From Bacteriovorax sp. (GTDB lineage Bacteria; Bdellovibrionota; Bacteriovoracia; Bacteriovoracales; Bacteriovoracaceae), in the NCBI GenBank assembly GCA_030654205.1, contig JAURXW010000297.1, forward strand, positions 1 through 45,157: DNA of 45,157 nt, read 5' to 3'. The notes beneath the pieces are model-generated. The model worked only from the letters and a program-made list of their open reading frames with translations. It had not been told where the DNA came from and searched no databases. Of this stretch, positions 10,288 through 19,028 are shown piece by piece. The translations under genes and the position numbers were made by a program. Within the stretch, counting starts at the first letter, position 1, and each line of letters opens with the position of its first letter.

Positions 10288-10742
10288 TTTAATTTTCCAA
10301 GCTTTGAAAGCACTATTTCTTGTAAATTGGCCACGCCGGCTTGAGAACTAATAAAAAATCCAATTATATCAAAAGATTTTTGAGTTATATTATATTGCCC
10401 AGAAATAACTTGATTAATTTTTCCGGCAGAATCAGTTGTCAGGGTGCTTATTGAACAAGATTGTGCTGAACAAATAGTGACATCATACACAACATTAGTT
10501 CCATTTAACGAAGTGATAGCGTCCGCTGATAGGGCACGAGGTTTGTCTTCTACACCAATACTGCCTCCATTTTTTTTAAGCATGATAGTTTTTTGTTGAA
10601 CCTCATTGACGGCCTTGCAATCAAGAGTTGAACCTAGTTCACAGTGATAGCTTTGAGTTCCAACTGTAATTTTCATTGTATCGTCTGCAAAAGTATTAGT
10701 TGAGAGCATCAAGAAAACGCTTAGTCCTGTCATTAGTTTCAT
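10284..10742 (-). CDS. Secreted hypothetical protein with two Cys pairs
   Basis: GGAG RBS before the ATG at 10742, signal peptide MKLMTGLSVFLMLSTNTFA, beta-rich mature part. Confidence 0.7.
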   Translation of the reverse strand: MKLMTGLSVFLMLSTNTFADDTMKITVGTQSYHCELGSTLDCKAVNEVQQKTIMLKKNGGSIGVEDKPRALSADAITSLNGTNVVYDVTICSAQSCSISTLTTDSAGKINQVISGQYNITQKSFDIIGFFISSQAGVANLQEIVLSKLGKLK

Positions 10743-10907
10743 CTTTATTCTCCATGATAAAATTCTCTTAGCAATTATCATGATCTACTTTTTTAAAAAG
10801 TCGAGAAAAGCTTGTATTTTATCTGTAATTGACTACTTATAATGCTCAATGACTATTTTTTTGCATATTCCCTTTCAGCATATGATTAAAACGTTTATCA
10901 TTTTCAA

Positions 10908-11393
10908 ATGAAGACCTACTTAAGTTTTATAATATTTTTTAATCTATTCGCTTTTCTTCCTATCCTAGGACAGGCCGAATCAATTACTATTATAGATTCT
11001 TCACTTAAAAATTTTGAAAGTGATGGTTGCACGATGTTTATTGATGGCCCACCATCTAAACCAGGGCTCTGGAGACATTGCTGTTTGGAGCATGATATGC
11101 GCTATTGGTTTGGCGGTGATCATTCGGATATGGATCAAACAGATTTGCGACTTCATGCTTGCGTACAAGATATCGCAGGACAAAAATGGGCAGATCTTAT
11201 CTATCTGGGAGTGAGAGTTGGACACAACTCGCCAATTAAAAATAAATCTCATTGGAGTTGGGGCTGGATAACTCCACGAGCTGACATCAAATTGGATAAA
11301 GATGAAAAAATTTATATTATTGAAGAGGTTTTACAACTTCCTTACGATAACAAATTTTTAGAAAAATTTATTAAACTTAATTTAAACAACTAA
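10908..11393 (+). CDS. Secreted protein with phospholipase A2-like CCxxHDxxY motif
   Basis: Signal peptide, then DGC...WRHCCLEHDMRYWFGG...D.RL..CV. Confidence 0.6.
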   Translation: MKTYLSFIIFFNLFAFLPILGQAESITIIDSSLKNFESDGCTMFIDGPPSKPGLWRHCCLEHDMRYWFGGDHSDMDQTDLRLHACVQDIAGQKWADLIYLGVRVGHNSPIKNKSHWSWGWITPRADIKLDKDEKIYIIEEVLQLPYDNKFLEKFIKLNLNN

Positions 11394-11394
11394 A

Positions 11395-11796
11395 ATGCTA
11401 AAATTTAAAATACCTGCTGCTGAATTTTTTTTCACTTTCTCACGAAGCTCGGGTGCTGGTGGACAAAACGTCAATAAAGTAAGCACCAAGGCCACTCTCC
11501 AATGGAATGTATTTGCCAATACATCACTTCCAAAAGATGTGATTGAGCGCTTTATCAAAAAATATGATAACCGAATAAGTGAAGATGGAATACTTACAAT
11601 TGTTAGTCAAAAAACTCGTTCACAAAATTTAAATTCAACTGATGCAATCGAAAAACTTCACGAAATGATTGATTCCGTGGCCGTTGCACCTAAAATTAGA
11701 AAGCCTACAAAACCTAGCCGATCTGCTGTGAATAAAAGATTAAATGAAAAGAAATCTCATAGTGATAAAAAGAAAAGTCGACAAGAAAAATATTAA
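11395..11796 (+). CDS. arfB: Alternative ribosome rescue factor ArfB (peptidyl-tRNA hydrolase)
   Basis: RSSGAGGQNVNKVSTK (GGQ motif), RSQNLN and the basic C-terminal tail RKPTKPS...RL..KK. Confidence 0.95.
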   Translation: MLKFKIPAAEFFFTFSRSSGAGGQNVNKVSTKATLQWNVFANTSLPKDVIERFIKKYDNRISEDGILTIVSQKTRSQNLNSTDAIEKLHEMIDSVAVAPKIRKPTKPSRSAVNKRLNEKKSHSDKKKSRQEKY

Positions 11797-11801
11797 AAAT
11801 A

Positions 11802-12899
11802 TTATTTCAACACAGTGAGAACTTTTTCGATATCTTCATCTGTATTAAATGCATGCGGGGAAAGTCTAATACCTGGTCCTCTTAACGCAAAATTACAGGG
11901 AAGACTGGCAAGCCTAGCGGCACTATCAACTCTAGGAATAAAATTTACAATAGAGCTTTGGTTGTGATGAACTTCATACCCTAAATTTAACAAACCATTT
12001 TTTAATTTTGTTGAAAGTCGCAGAACTTCTTTTTCAATGACTGAAACTTTTGTTTTTAAAATTAAATTAACCGAAGCTCCAAGTGCTGCAATTTCTAAAA
12101 CTTGTTTGGAGCCTGCTTCAAATTTCAAGGCATCTTTTTTCGGTTCACAAAAAAGATCAGTAGGATCATCACAAGTTCCAAAAGTATTGGCCCCTACATT
12201 ATGCGGTTTTATTTTATTTATATGTTTCATATCGAGAGCTAAAAAACCAACTCCCACTGGTGAAGTTAACCATTTGTGACTTCCACCGGCCACAGCATCA
12301 ACGCCCCACTCCTTCATATTAAAGGGATGAAGACCAAGACCTTGCATAATATCTAAAAAAAGAAAAATATTTTTTTCTTGAGTAATTTTTGAAAGTGCCT
12401 GAATATCTGTGCGTGCACCAGTTAAAAATTGAACCCATGAAATGGCGATTACTTTTGTTTTGTCTGAAATTTTCTCATAAATTTTTTCTACGGGTGTCGT
12501 GAGATTTTTGTCAGAGCTAATTGTTATTAATTGAGCCCCCGAACGTTTGGCAGCTTCCTGCCAAGGATAAAGATTGGAAGCGTATTCTTGATCCCAGGTA
12601 ATGATTTCATCACCTGGAAGAAGTGGAAACTGAAAAGCTAATTGCCCGATCGCTCCAGCAGTACTTTGAAAAAAAGCAATCTCGCGAGAATCACAACCAA
12701 TAAGTTGGGATAAAGAAATTCTAGAATTTAATACATCCAACATATAGTCGTGATCAGTATAAAATCCTTCTTCGTAAAAACGATTTCCCCAATAAAGAAC
12801 TTTATCGCGTGCAGGTTTTGAAATAGGTGCTAGCCCCGCATTATTTAAATGCAGAAGATTATTTTGGCGAAAAAATGACGACTTATATTCGTTTAGCAC
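11802..12899 (-). CDS. Class V PLP-dependent enzyme (candidate C-S lyase, EgtE/OvoB-like role)
   Basis: HLNNAGLAP, EYASNLYPW, SWVQFLTG, LDIMQGLG, GGSHKWLTSPVGVG (PLP Lys) and IRLSPHAFN motifs. GTG start overlaps the upstream stop by 7 nt. Confidence 0.8.
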   Translation of the reverse strand: MLNEYKSSFFRQNNLLHLNNAGLAPISKPARDKVLYWGNRFYEEGFYTDHDYMLDVLNSRISLSQLIGCDSREIAFFQSTAGAIGQLAFQFPLLPGDEIITWDQEYASNLYPWQEAAKRSGAQLITISSDKNLTTPVEKIYEKISDKTKVIAISWVQFLTGARTDIQALSKITQEKNIFLFLDIMQGLGLHPFNMKEWGVDAVAGGSHKWLTSPVGVGFLALDMKHINKIKPHNVGANTFGTCDDPTDLFCEPKKDALKFEAGSKQVLEIAALGASVNLILKTKVSVIEKEVLRLSTKLKNGLLNLGYEVHHNQSSIVNFIPRVDSAARLASLPCNFALRGPGIRLSPHAFNTDEDIEKVLTVLK

Positions 12900-15800
12900 T
12901 GGCTGGCCATTTCACGAATTTCATTAACGGCCGTTTCTAATCTATTAAAGTGCAAGCGATATCCTAATAAACAAACTCTAATCGCGAGTTTTCCTTCAAG
13001 CATACATGATGATAAAAAAAGAGTTCCTTTAGTATTGATTTTTCTCATTAATTCACGAGTACTTTCATCGCCATTTTTATGAGCAAAGGCTAAAATAGTT
13101 AATTCTGGTGAACTGATAATAACTAGTTCGTTGATAGTTTTTAATTCTTCACAAAGCCAGGTACTTAAATTTAATTTTTCTTCTAAATTTAAAATAAAAG
13201 GTGCAATGCCTAAAGTTTTAATCGGTAACCATACTCTTAGACCTCGATAGTCTCTTGAGAGTTCGGGAGAAATATCAGCGTAATCATGATCTCCGATTGT
13301 AGGCTTTGGCGGCATATAGGAATCATCTGAGATATAATCAAAACTCATATTATTGCTGTCTTTAACAAGAAGGCATCCTGTTCCATAAGGAATTGAAAGT
13401 GCTTTATGTGGATCTAGAGCGATAGAATCCGCTCTCTCAATGCCTTTCAAAAGTTCTCGCCCCTTTTGTGTCAACATGAATAAAGCACCGTAGGCTCCAT
13501 CAGCATGTAGCCATAAATTTTCTTTCTCTGCAATATCGGCCAGTGCATTTATATTATCAACACTTCCGGTTTTCGTAGTGCCGACTGTTCCAACTAAGAA
13601 AAAAGGAGTTAATCCTAACTGAGTATCTGCGGCAATAACTTTTTCTAATTCTTTAATATTCATTTTAAAATTTTGAGCTTTAATTAATCTAAGATTCTCT
13701 TTTTTAAATCCTAACATCACCCAGGCTTTGGCCACACAATGGTGGGCTTCGTTGGAAATGTAACCAGTTACTTTTGAGTAATCAAAACCTTTTAGTTTAT
13801 TTAAACGGGCCATAATTAAAGCATTCATGGTGGCAGAACTCCCACCAGTCGTTAAATAGCCAAGTGCAGATTTTTCAGAGTAGCCCATCAAGCTGATAAA
13901 CCATTTTATAACCTCTTGTTCAAGTGCCACAAGGCCTGGGGCCATCATATAGTGCCCTGAAAATGGATTAAGAGTTTGAGCTATTAACTGTGCGGTATTG
14001 GAAATTACATTTCCACTACCGGCCACATAAGCGGCAAATCCCGGATGTCCTGGAAGTTGAGAAAGTGGGGCCATTTCATTAAAAATTAATTTTAAAAGAG
14101 AGTTATAATTTTCAGGGCGTTCCGGAAAATTTTTTGTCATTTGATAAGGTAAAATAAAATCTTTTTTTAATCCATTTGTGTTCGGATCATGGGCCAATCC
14201 CATTGGACTCATGTTTTCAAAGTTTTTCATATAACCCAAAACTTCAACTTGAGTTTGGGTAAATAGAGTTTTTATTTCTTCCTCATTCATTTCCAGTGGC
14301 TGGTCTATTTTTTTCCACCAATCTTTTTTAACCATCATTTGATCGAGAACGTTTTCACGACGTGGATGAATGTATTCATCAGACTTAACTAATTTAACTG
14401 CCCCGTTGTCAAAACTTCCATCAAGACTTGCTGCCAAACGAAATCCACTGTGTTGATTAAAGTGAGGGCGAAAATGAAAACGAGCAAATCGACTTGCTTC
14501 ATGACCGGTGCTGATGAATGATCCGCCCAAAATCATATGATGTTTTCCATCAAAGCAGGGAGTTGAAAAATCATCGTACAAAGAATGAATTTCAAAATTA
14601 GTAAGTGGGTTGAATTGATCCTCTACCCAATGCCACGCATTTCCGCATAATTCTTCCGTGACGTTTTCACAGCTTGACCACTTAAAATTAAAATTAGCCT
14701 TGAAGTCGTTTATTTTATGATCATCTCTAAAATGCTTTTTTTGAAGAACAGGGTCAGTATCACCATTTCTAAGTGAATCAAATTCTGCTTCGGTAAATAA
14801 GCGGTAATGAAGTTTTGTTTTTAATGTTTTTTTATCTTGTTCATTTTTCCAATTGGCAAAAGCAGCGGCTTCATGAAAATTTACTTCTGCAGGCCAATTC
14901 CATGGCATTGGTATAATTTCAAAAATAGTTCGCAATTCATATTCGTGTGAGCCCTCTGGTCCTGTGCCGCACCAAAAAGTTGGACGTTTGGTATTTCTAT
15001 ATTTTCTCCAAAAAATTCCCTCTTCTCTCCAGAAGGAATCATTTACATAAGCTCCACTGGCCACGAAATCAAAATACTCCCGATTTGTGATTTGGAATTT
15101 GGTGTATTGAAAATCACGAATATTAACAATTCGTTCACCATATTCATTATCCCAACCAAATGAGGGTGCTGATTTTGGTTTTCCAATAATAACTGTTCCA
15201 CCGTTTTGCTTTAACCATGAATTCTCATGAGTCTCATTATTTAATTTTGAAGGGTGAATAGGCGCCCAATATCTTGGTGTTTCCACGTACTCAATTGGCA
15301 ATTCTCGGATTAAAACGCTAGAAGTTTCAAAGTGAATTTTTTCATGCTCCATCCCCATCCACAAGGCCCACCAAGGCGAATTTAGCAATGGCTTATTTCC
15401 TTTTTCTCGGTCTAAAAATTCTAAATCAGGATGAGTTTTTATAGTTTCAGAAACGAGCGCATATACTATTTTGCGGTACTCGTGAACGGCCTCTACATTT
15501 GGCCACTCCATTTCATTTTTACTCATATCATCCCAAGACATTTCATCAACACCTGTTTCTAATACTTTTTCTAAGTAAAGATTTATAGGCTTTGGATAAA
15601 ATCCTGCAAGTCTTAATTTATTTAAATAAAGTACGGCTGGATGGCCATAATAAAAAATAAGGGGATGGCGAAGTCCATGGTAAGGAGGGCGCATGTACAC
15701 AGTTTCTGTTTTTAATCCTTGAAAAAGTAATTCAGTTAAAGTCCAAGAGTTATTAAAATAATCGAGCACATCCTCGCGGCTACAAATATCTAAATTCAAT

Positions 15801-15967
15801 AATGGAAGAGCGTCTAAACATTGTCTTTCTTTATCAAAACCAGGGCAATTTTCAGGTGATAAACCAGTCCACCAATTTTTGCCAAAATGAATTTGTAATT
15901 CGGATTGAAAATTTTTTTCCCCTCTTGTTTTAGTAAGATTGGGATTTCGTGTTATAGAAACAGACAT
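12893..15967 (-). CDS. Fusion of an OvoA-type 5-histidylcysteine sulfoxide synthase (DinB_2 + FGE-sulfatase) and a group II PLP-dependent decarboxylase
   Basis: aa ~30-512 carry LRHPLIFYYGH, GVDEMSWDD, EHEKIHFETSSVLIR, GWDNEYG, LYDDFSTPCFDGKH and HFNQHSGFR. aa ~555-1024 carry HPGFAAY, TTGGSSAT, AHHCVAKA, GTTKTGSVD, WLHADGAYG, ADSIALDPHK and ELSR..RGLRVW. GGAG RBS. Confidence 0.88.
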   Translation of the reverse strand: MSVSITRNPNLTKTRGEKNFQSELQIHFGKNWWTGLSPENCPGFDKERQCLDALPLLNLDICSREDVLDYFNNSWTLTELLFQGLKTETVYMRPPYHGLRHPLIFYYGHPAVLYLNKLRLAGFYPKPINLYLEKVLETGVDEMSWDDMSKNEMEWPNVEAVHEYRKIVYALVSETIKTHPDLEFLDREKGNKPLLNSPWWALWMGMEHEKIHFETSSVLIRELPIEYVETPRYWAPIHPSKLNNETHENSWLKQNGGTVIIGKPKSAPSFGWDNEYGERIVNIRDFQYTKFQITNREYFDFVASGAYVNDSFWREEGIFWRKYRNTKRPTFWCGTGPEGSHEYELRTIFEIIPMPWNWPAEVNFHEAAAFANWKNEQDKKTLKTKLHYRLFTEAEFDSLRNGDTDPVLQKKHFRDDHKINDFKANFNFKWSSCENVTEELCGNAWHWVEDQFNPLTNFEIHSLYDDFSTPCFDGKHHMILGGSFISTGHEASRFARFHFRPHFNQHSGFRLAASLDGSFDNGAVKLVKSDEYIHPRRENVLDQMMVKKDWWKKIDQPLEMNEEEIKTLFTQTQVEVLGYMKNFENMSPMGLAHDPNTNGLKKDFILPYQMTKNFPERPENYNSLLKLIFNEMAPLSQLPGHPGFAAYVAGSGNVISNTAQLIAQTLNPFSGHYMMAPGLVALEQEVIKWFISLMGYSEKSALGYLTTGGSSATMNALIMARLNKLKGFDYSKVTGYISNEAHHCVAKAWVMLGFKKENLRLIKAQNFKMNIKELEKVIAADTQLGLTPFFLVGTVGTTKTGSVDNINALADIAEKENLWLHADGAYGALFMLTQKGRELLKGIERADSIALDPHKALSIPYGTGCLLVKDSNNMSFDYISDDSYMPPKPTIGDHDYADISPELSRDYRGLRVWLPIKTLGIAPFILNLEEKLNLSTWLCEELKTINELVIISSPELTILAFAHKNGDESTRELMRKINTKGTLFLSSCMLEGKLAIRVCLLGYRLHFNRLETAVNEIREMASQC

Positions 15968-16180
15968 AGCTTTTCTCCAAGATTGATCCCATTATTATCA
16001 ATCAATCCCCATCATTTGTCATGATAGACCATGCTTCTACGGGATGAAGTTTTCATTTTGAGCAACTAGATCAGTCGGGAATAACTAAAAAATGATTGCC
16101 TAAGTAAAGATGATGACGAATTCCCTTCACCACTGTGCTATCTTTTCAAAGATTTCTAACTCATCAACCAAGGAAAAAAA

Positions 16181-17227
16181 ATGATTAAAACTTCCGGATA
16201 TGCAGCAATTAATTTTAATACTCCCCTTGTACCTTATGATTTTACCCGCAGAGAGCCTCGTCCAAATGATATTTTAATAGAAATTGATTATTGTGGTGTG
16301 TGCCACTCAGACATTCATCAAGTTAAAAATGAATGGGGCAACGCTGTTTATCCTATGGTTCCCGGTCATGAAATCGTGGGCCATGTAACCAAAATTGGAT
16401 CCAATGTTTCTAAATTTAAAATCGGTGATCTTGCTGGAGTCGGTTGTCTTGTAGATTCTTGTAGAACTTGCGCCAACTGCAAAGAAGGGTTTCAACAATT
16501 TTGTGCAAATGGTTCAGTTGGAACCTATAATAGCATCGAAAAAGATGGCGTCACTAGAACTTTTGGTGGTTATTCAAAATGCATTGTTTTAAGTGAAGAT
16601 TTTGCTTTAAAAATTCCACCAAACTTAGATTTAAAAACAGTAGCTCCACTACTTTGTGCTGGTATAACAACCTACTCTCCTCTTCGTCATTGGGGTGTTG
16701 GTCCCGGACAAAAAGTTGGTGTCGTGGGCCTTGGAGGTCTAGGCCATATGGCCGTTAAATTTGCTCACTCTTTTGGAGCAACGGTAACAGTTTTTAGTCG
16801 CTCAATTAGTAAAAAAGAAGATGCTATTAGACTTGGTGCTAGCGAGATGGCCATCACCACAAATCCCACGGCTTTGCTAGAAACTCATGCTGGTAAATTT
16901 GATTTTATAATTGATACTGTTTCAGCACCACATGATCTCAACTTATATCTCCAACTTTTAAAACGTGATGGAAAAATGGTCCTTGTAGGTCTTCCTGAAG
17001 TTCCACCTCATATTGAAGTAGGCAATTTAATTTTTGGAAGAAAAACATTAGCGGGCTCTCTCATTGGAGGAATTCCAGAAACTCAAGAAATGCTCGACTA
17101 TTGTGGCAGTCATAATATTGGGTGTGATATTGAATTAATTCCACCCAGCAGAGTAAATGAAGCGTTTGAGCGCACACTCAAGAGTGATGTCAAATATCGT
17201 TTTGTACTTGATATGAAGGCTATGTAA
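16181..17227 (+). CDS. NAD(P)-dependent Zn alcohol/aldehyde dehydrogenase (cinnamyl-ADH/YahK type)
   Basis: CGVCHSD, VPGHEIVG, structural Zn cysteines, APLLCAGITTYSPL, GLGGLGHM and KYRFVLD motifs. Confidence 0.93.
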   Translation: MIKTSGYAAINFNTPLVPYDFTRREPRPNDILIEIDYCGVCHSDIHQVKNEWGNAVYPMVPGHEIVGHVTKIGSNVSKFKIGDLAGVGCLVDSCRTCANCKEGFQQFCANGSVGTYNSIEKDGVTRTFGGYSKCIVLSEDFALKIPPNLDLKTVAPLLCAGITTYSPLRHWGVGPGQKVGVVGLGGLGHMAVKFAHSFGATVTVFSRSISKKEDAIRLGASEMAITTNPTALLETHAGKFDFIIDTVSAPHDLNLYLQLLKRDGKMVLVGLPEVPPHIEVGNLIFGRKTLAGSLIGGIPETQEMLDYCGSHNIGCDIELIPPSRVNEAFERTLKSDVKYRFVLDMKAM

Positions 17228-18329
17228 GTTTCAAAATAAATGGGAGTGCCACTTGTGTACTTCCATTTATTTTAATATTCCAGAATTGTTCACCAGAATA
17301 GTAAACTCGCGTTGTCACGGACTTGAGAGGAATAGACATTTCAATTGTCATCACCTGGGCCACTTCTAAAGTAATTTTTTTTCCTTTAAAAACTTTTAGG
17401 CCATGTTTATTATTTGATTTTAACAAATGCAATTCATGATCAAGAATAATATAAGCTGGTTCTTTAGAGTGATTTTTTAATGTTATTTTAACTTTTAAAC
17501 TTTCACCCAAAATAATTTTTTTTGTTAAAATTTTTTGTTCTAGAAGCTCAATATTAGAAGCGGCCACACCATGAAGTAAAAAAGCTTTTTTATAACCTTT
17601 TTTAATTAGAGTCCGGCTGGCGTGCTTTATTACCCAGTCCAACTCATGTGTTTTCTTTTTTGAATGGTGCCAAGTTAATAATTTCTCAATTACATATTCG
17701 GGATGATTTTTTGAATGGTCGTTAATATGATTGGCAACTGATTTTCTAACATACTCTGAAGGATCATTTTTTAACTTTTCCAAAAATACCCATGTAAGTT
17801 CTGGATCCATAACGAATCCATGTAGTTTTTGTCCCCAAGGAAGTAGCGGTCTTGAGCCTTCAGAAACTAATCGTCTTACATGTTCATTTTCATCTTTGAG
17901 CCATAATTTAAAAAATTTGAGTGTTAAAGCTTGATCTCTTTCAAAAAAAGCTCGAACAGCAAATTCACTGGTAAATAATTTAGTCATTTGCTTAAGGGCA
18001 TTCATGGACAAATCAAAATCTTCTAATCCATAAATAGAAATAAAATGAGTCAATGGCCAGAGGGTAAACTGAGAAATTCCGACTGTATCTTTTTCATTTT
18101 GTTTAGTGGCCTTCAGCAAAATGGGAATAGATTTTTTTGGATCTGTTGGTAAAAATTCATATAAACGTCGAGTTAAAAAATTAACTCGTTCTTTTAACTC
18201 CAAAGGTTCAAGCATTGGCCCAATACCTTTTAAAAAAGATTTTGAGTCAAATTTTGGATAACTTCTTAGTATTGCTAAAGCAATTTTTTCAGATGACTTA
18301 GAATTGAACAGATTTTTAAAAGGTTCCAT
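17220..18329 (-). CDS. DNA alkylation repair protein (AlkC/AlkD HEAT-like glycosylase family, with C-terminal Ig-like domain)
   Basis: FTSEFAVR, HVRRLVSEGSRPLLPW, DPSEYVRKSVANHIND and C-terminal KVFK...TTRVYYSG motifs. Confidence 0.85.
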   Translation of the reverse strand: MEPFKNLFNSKSSEKIALAILRSYPKFDSKSFLKGIGPMLEPLELKERVNFLTRRLYEFLPTDPKKSIPILLKATKQNEKDTVGISQFTLWPLTHFISIYGLEDFDLSMNALKQMTKLFTSEFAVRAFFERDQALTLKFFKLWLKDENEHVRRLVSEGSRPLLPWGQKLHGFVMDPELTWVFLEKLKNDPSEYVRKSVANHINDHSKNHPEYVIEKLLTWHHSKKKTHELDWVIKHASRTLIKKGYKKAFLLHGVAASNIELLEQKILTKKIILGESLKVKITLKNHSKEPAYIILDHELHLLKSNNKHGLKVFKGKKITLEVAQVMTIEMSIPLKSVTTRVYYSGEQFWNIKINGSTQVALPFILKLT

Positions 18330-18421
18330 AGTTTAAACATCGTAATAGAATCCTAAAACTCTGACAATATTCCTTTTCAATCTCCTTTCCAATCCCTCTG
18401 TAACACTATTAAAATAAAAGT

Positions 18422-19021
18422 ATGTCAAAAGTCTTTAACATTAAAAATTCGCTCTATGCTGAACTTGGTACAAAACTAGGACGCGAGCGAAGAAAGTTAC
18501 TTATTGATGAAATGTCATCATTAACAAATCAAAAGGTACATTGCTTTAATTGTAGTGGGACTTGTTGCACTTTTAGTGCAAATTCTATGCAAATTACTCC
18601 AATCGAAGCTTTTGAAATAATTCTTTCTCTCGAAATTACCGATGATAATTTATTTGAAATTAAAAATAATTTAAAAAAAAATATCCAAGACTATCGCCTT
18701 GATCATGAAATTTTTTTGGGAAAAAAAATTAATTCCGTACTTCGCAAAACCTATACCTGTCCTTTTTTTGCTCCCGGATCAAAAGGCTGTACTATTAAAA
18801 AAGACCTAAAGCCCTATGGCTGTCTTGGATTTAATCCCAAAATTGAAAATGACAATGGAAGCCTTTGTCATTCAAATACTCAATTATTAGAAACTAGAGA
18901 GAACGCTCATCGAATGGATGAAATAGCTGCCAATAATTTTCTTAAAAATAATTTGCAACTTGATTGGATTAAATTAGAAATTCCAAAAGCTGTACTCGCG
19001 CTCATCGATAAAATTTATTAA
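18422..19021 (+). CDS. YkgJ-like Cys-cluster (Zn/Fe-S) protein
   Basis: CFNCSGTCC...CPFF...GCTI...KPYGC pattern. Confidence 0.75.
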   Translation: MSKVFNIKNSLYAELGTKLGRERRKLLIDEMSSLTNQKVHCFNCSGTCCTFSANSMQITPIEAFEIILSLEITDDNLFEIKNNLKKNIQDYRLDHEIFLGKKINSVLRKTYTCPFFAPGSKGCTIKKDLKPYGCLGFNPKIENDNGSLCHSNTQLLETRENAHRMDEIAANNFLKNNLQLDWIKLEIPKAVLALIDKIY

Positions 19022-19028
19022 GGGTCTT

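Noticed and set aside
12893-15967. Selenometabolite (selenoneine/ovoselenol) or canonical ovothiol/ergothioneine cluster
   Set aside because: No selenophosphate synthetase, selenosugar glycosyltransferase or methyltransferase gene or domain is in the window. They could exist elsewhere in the genome.
15981-16003. GATTGAT-N9-ATCAATC inverted repeat upstream of the OvoA fusion as an FNR box
   Set aside because: The spacer is 9 nt rather than 4. It could be another operator but is not supportable.
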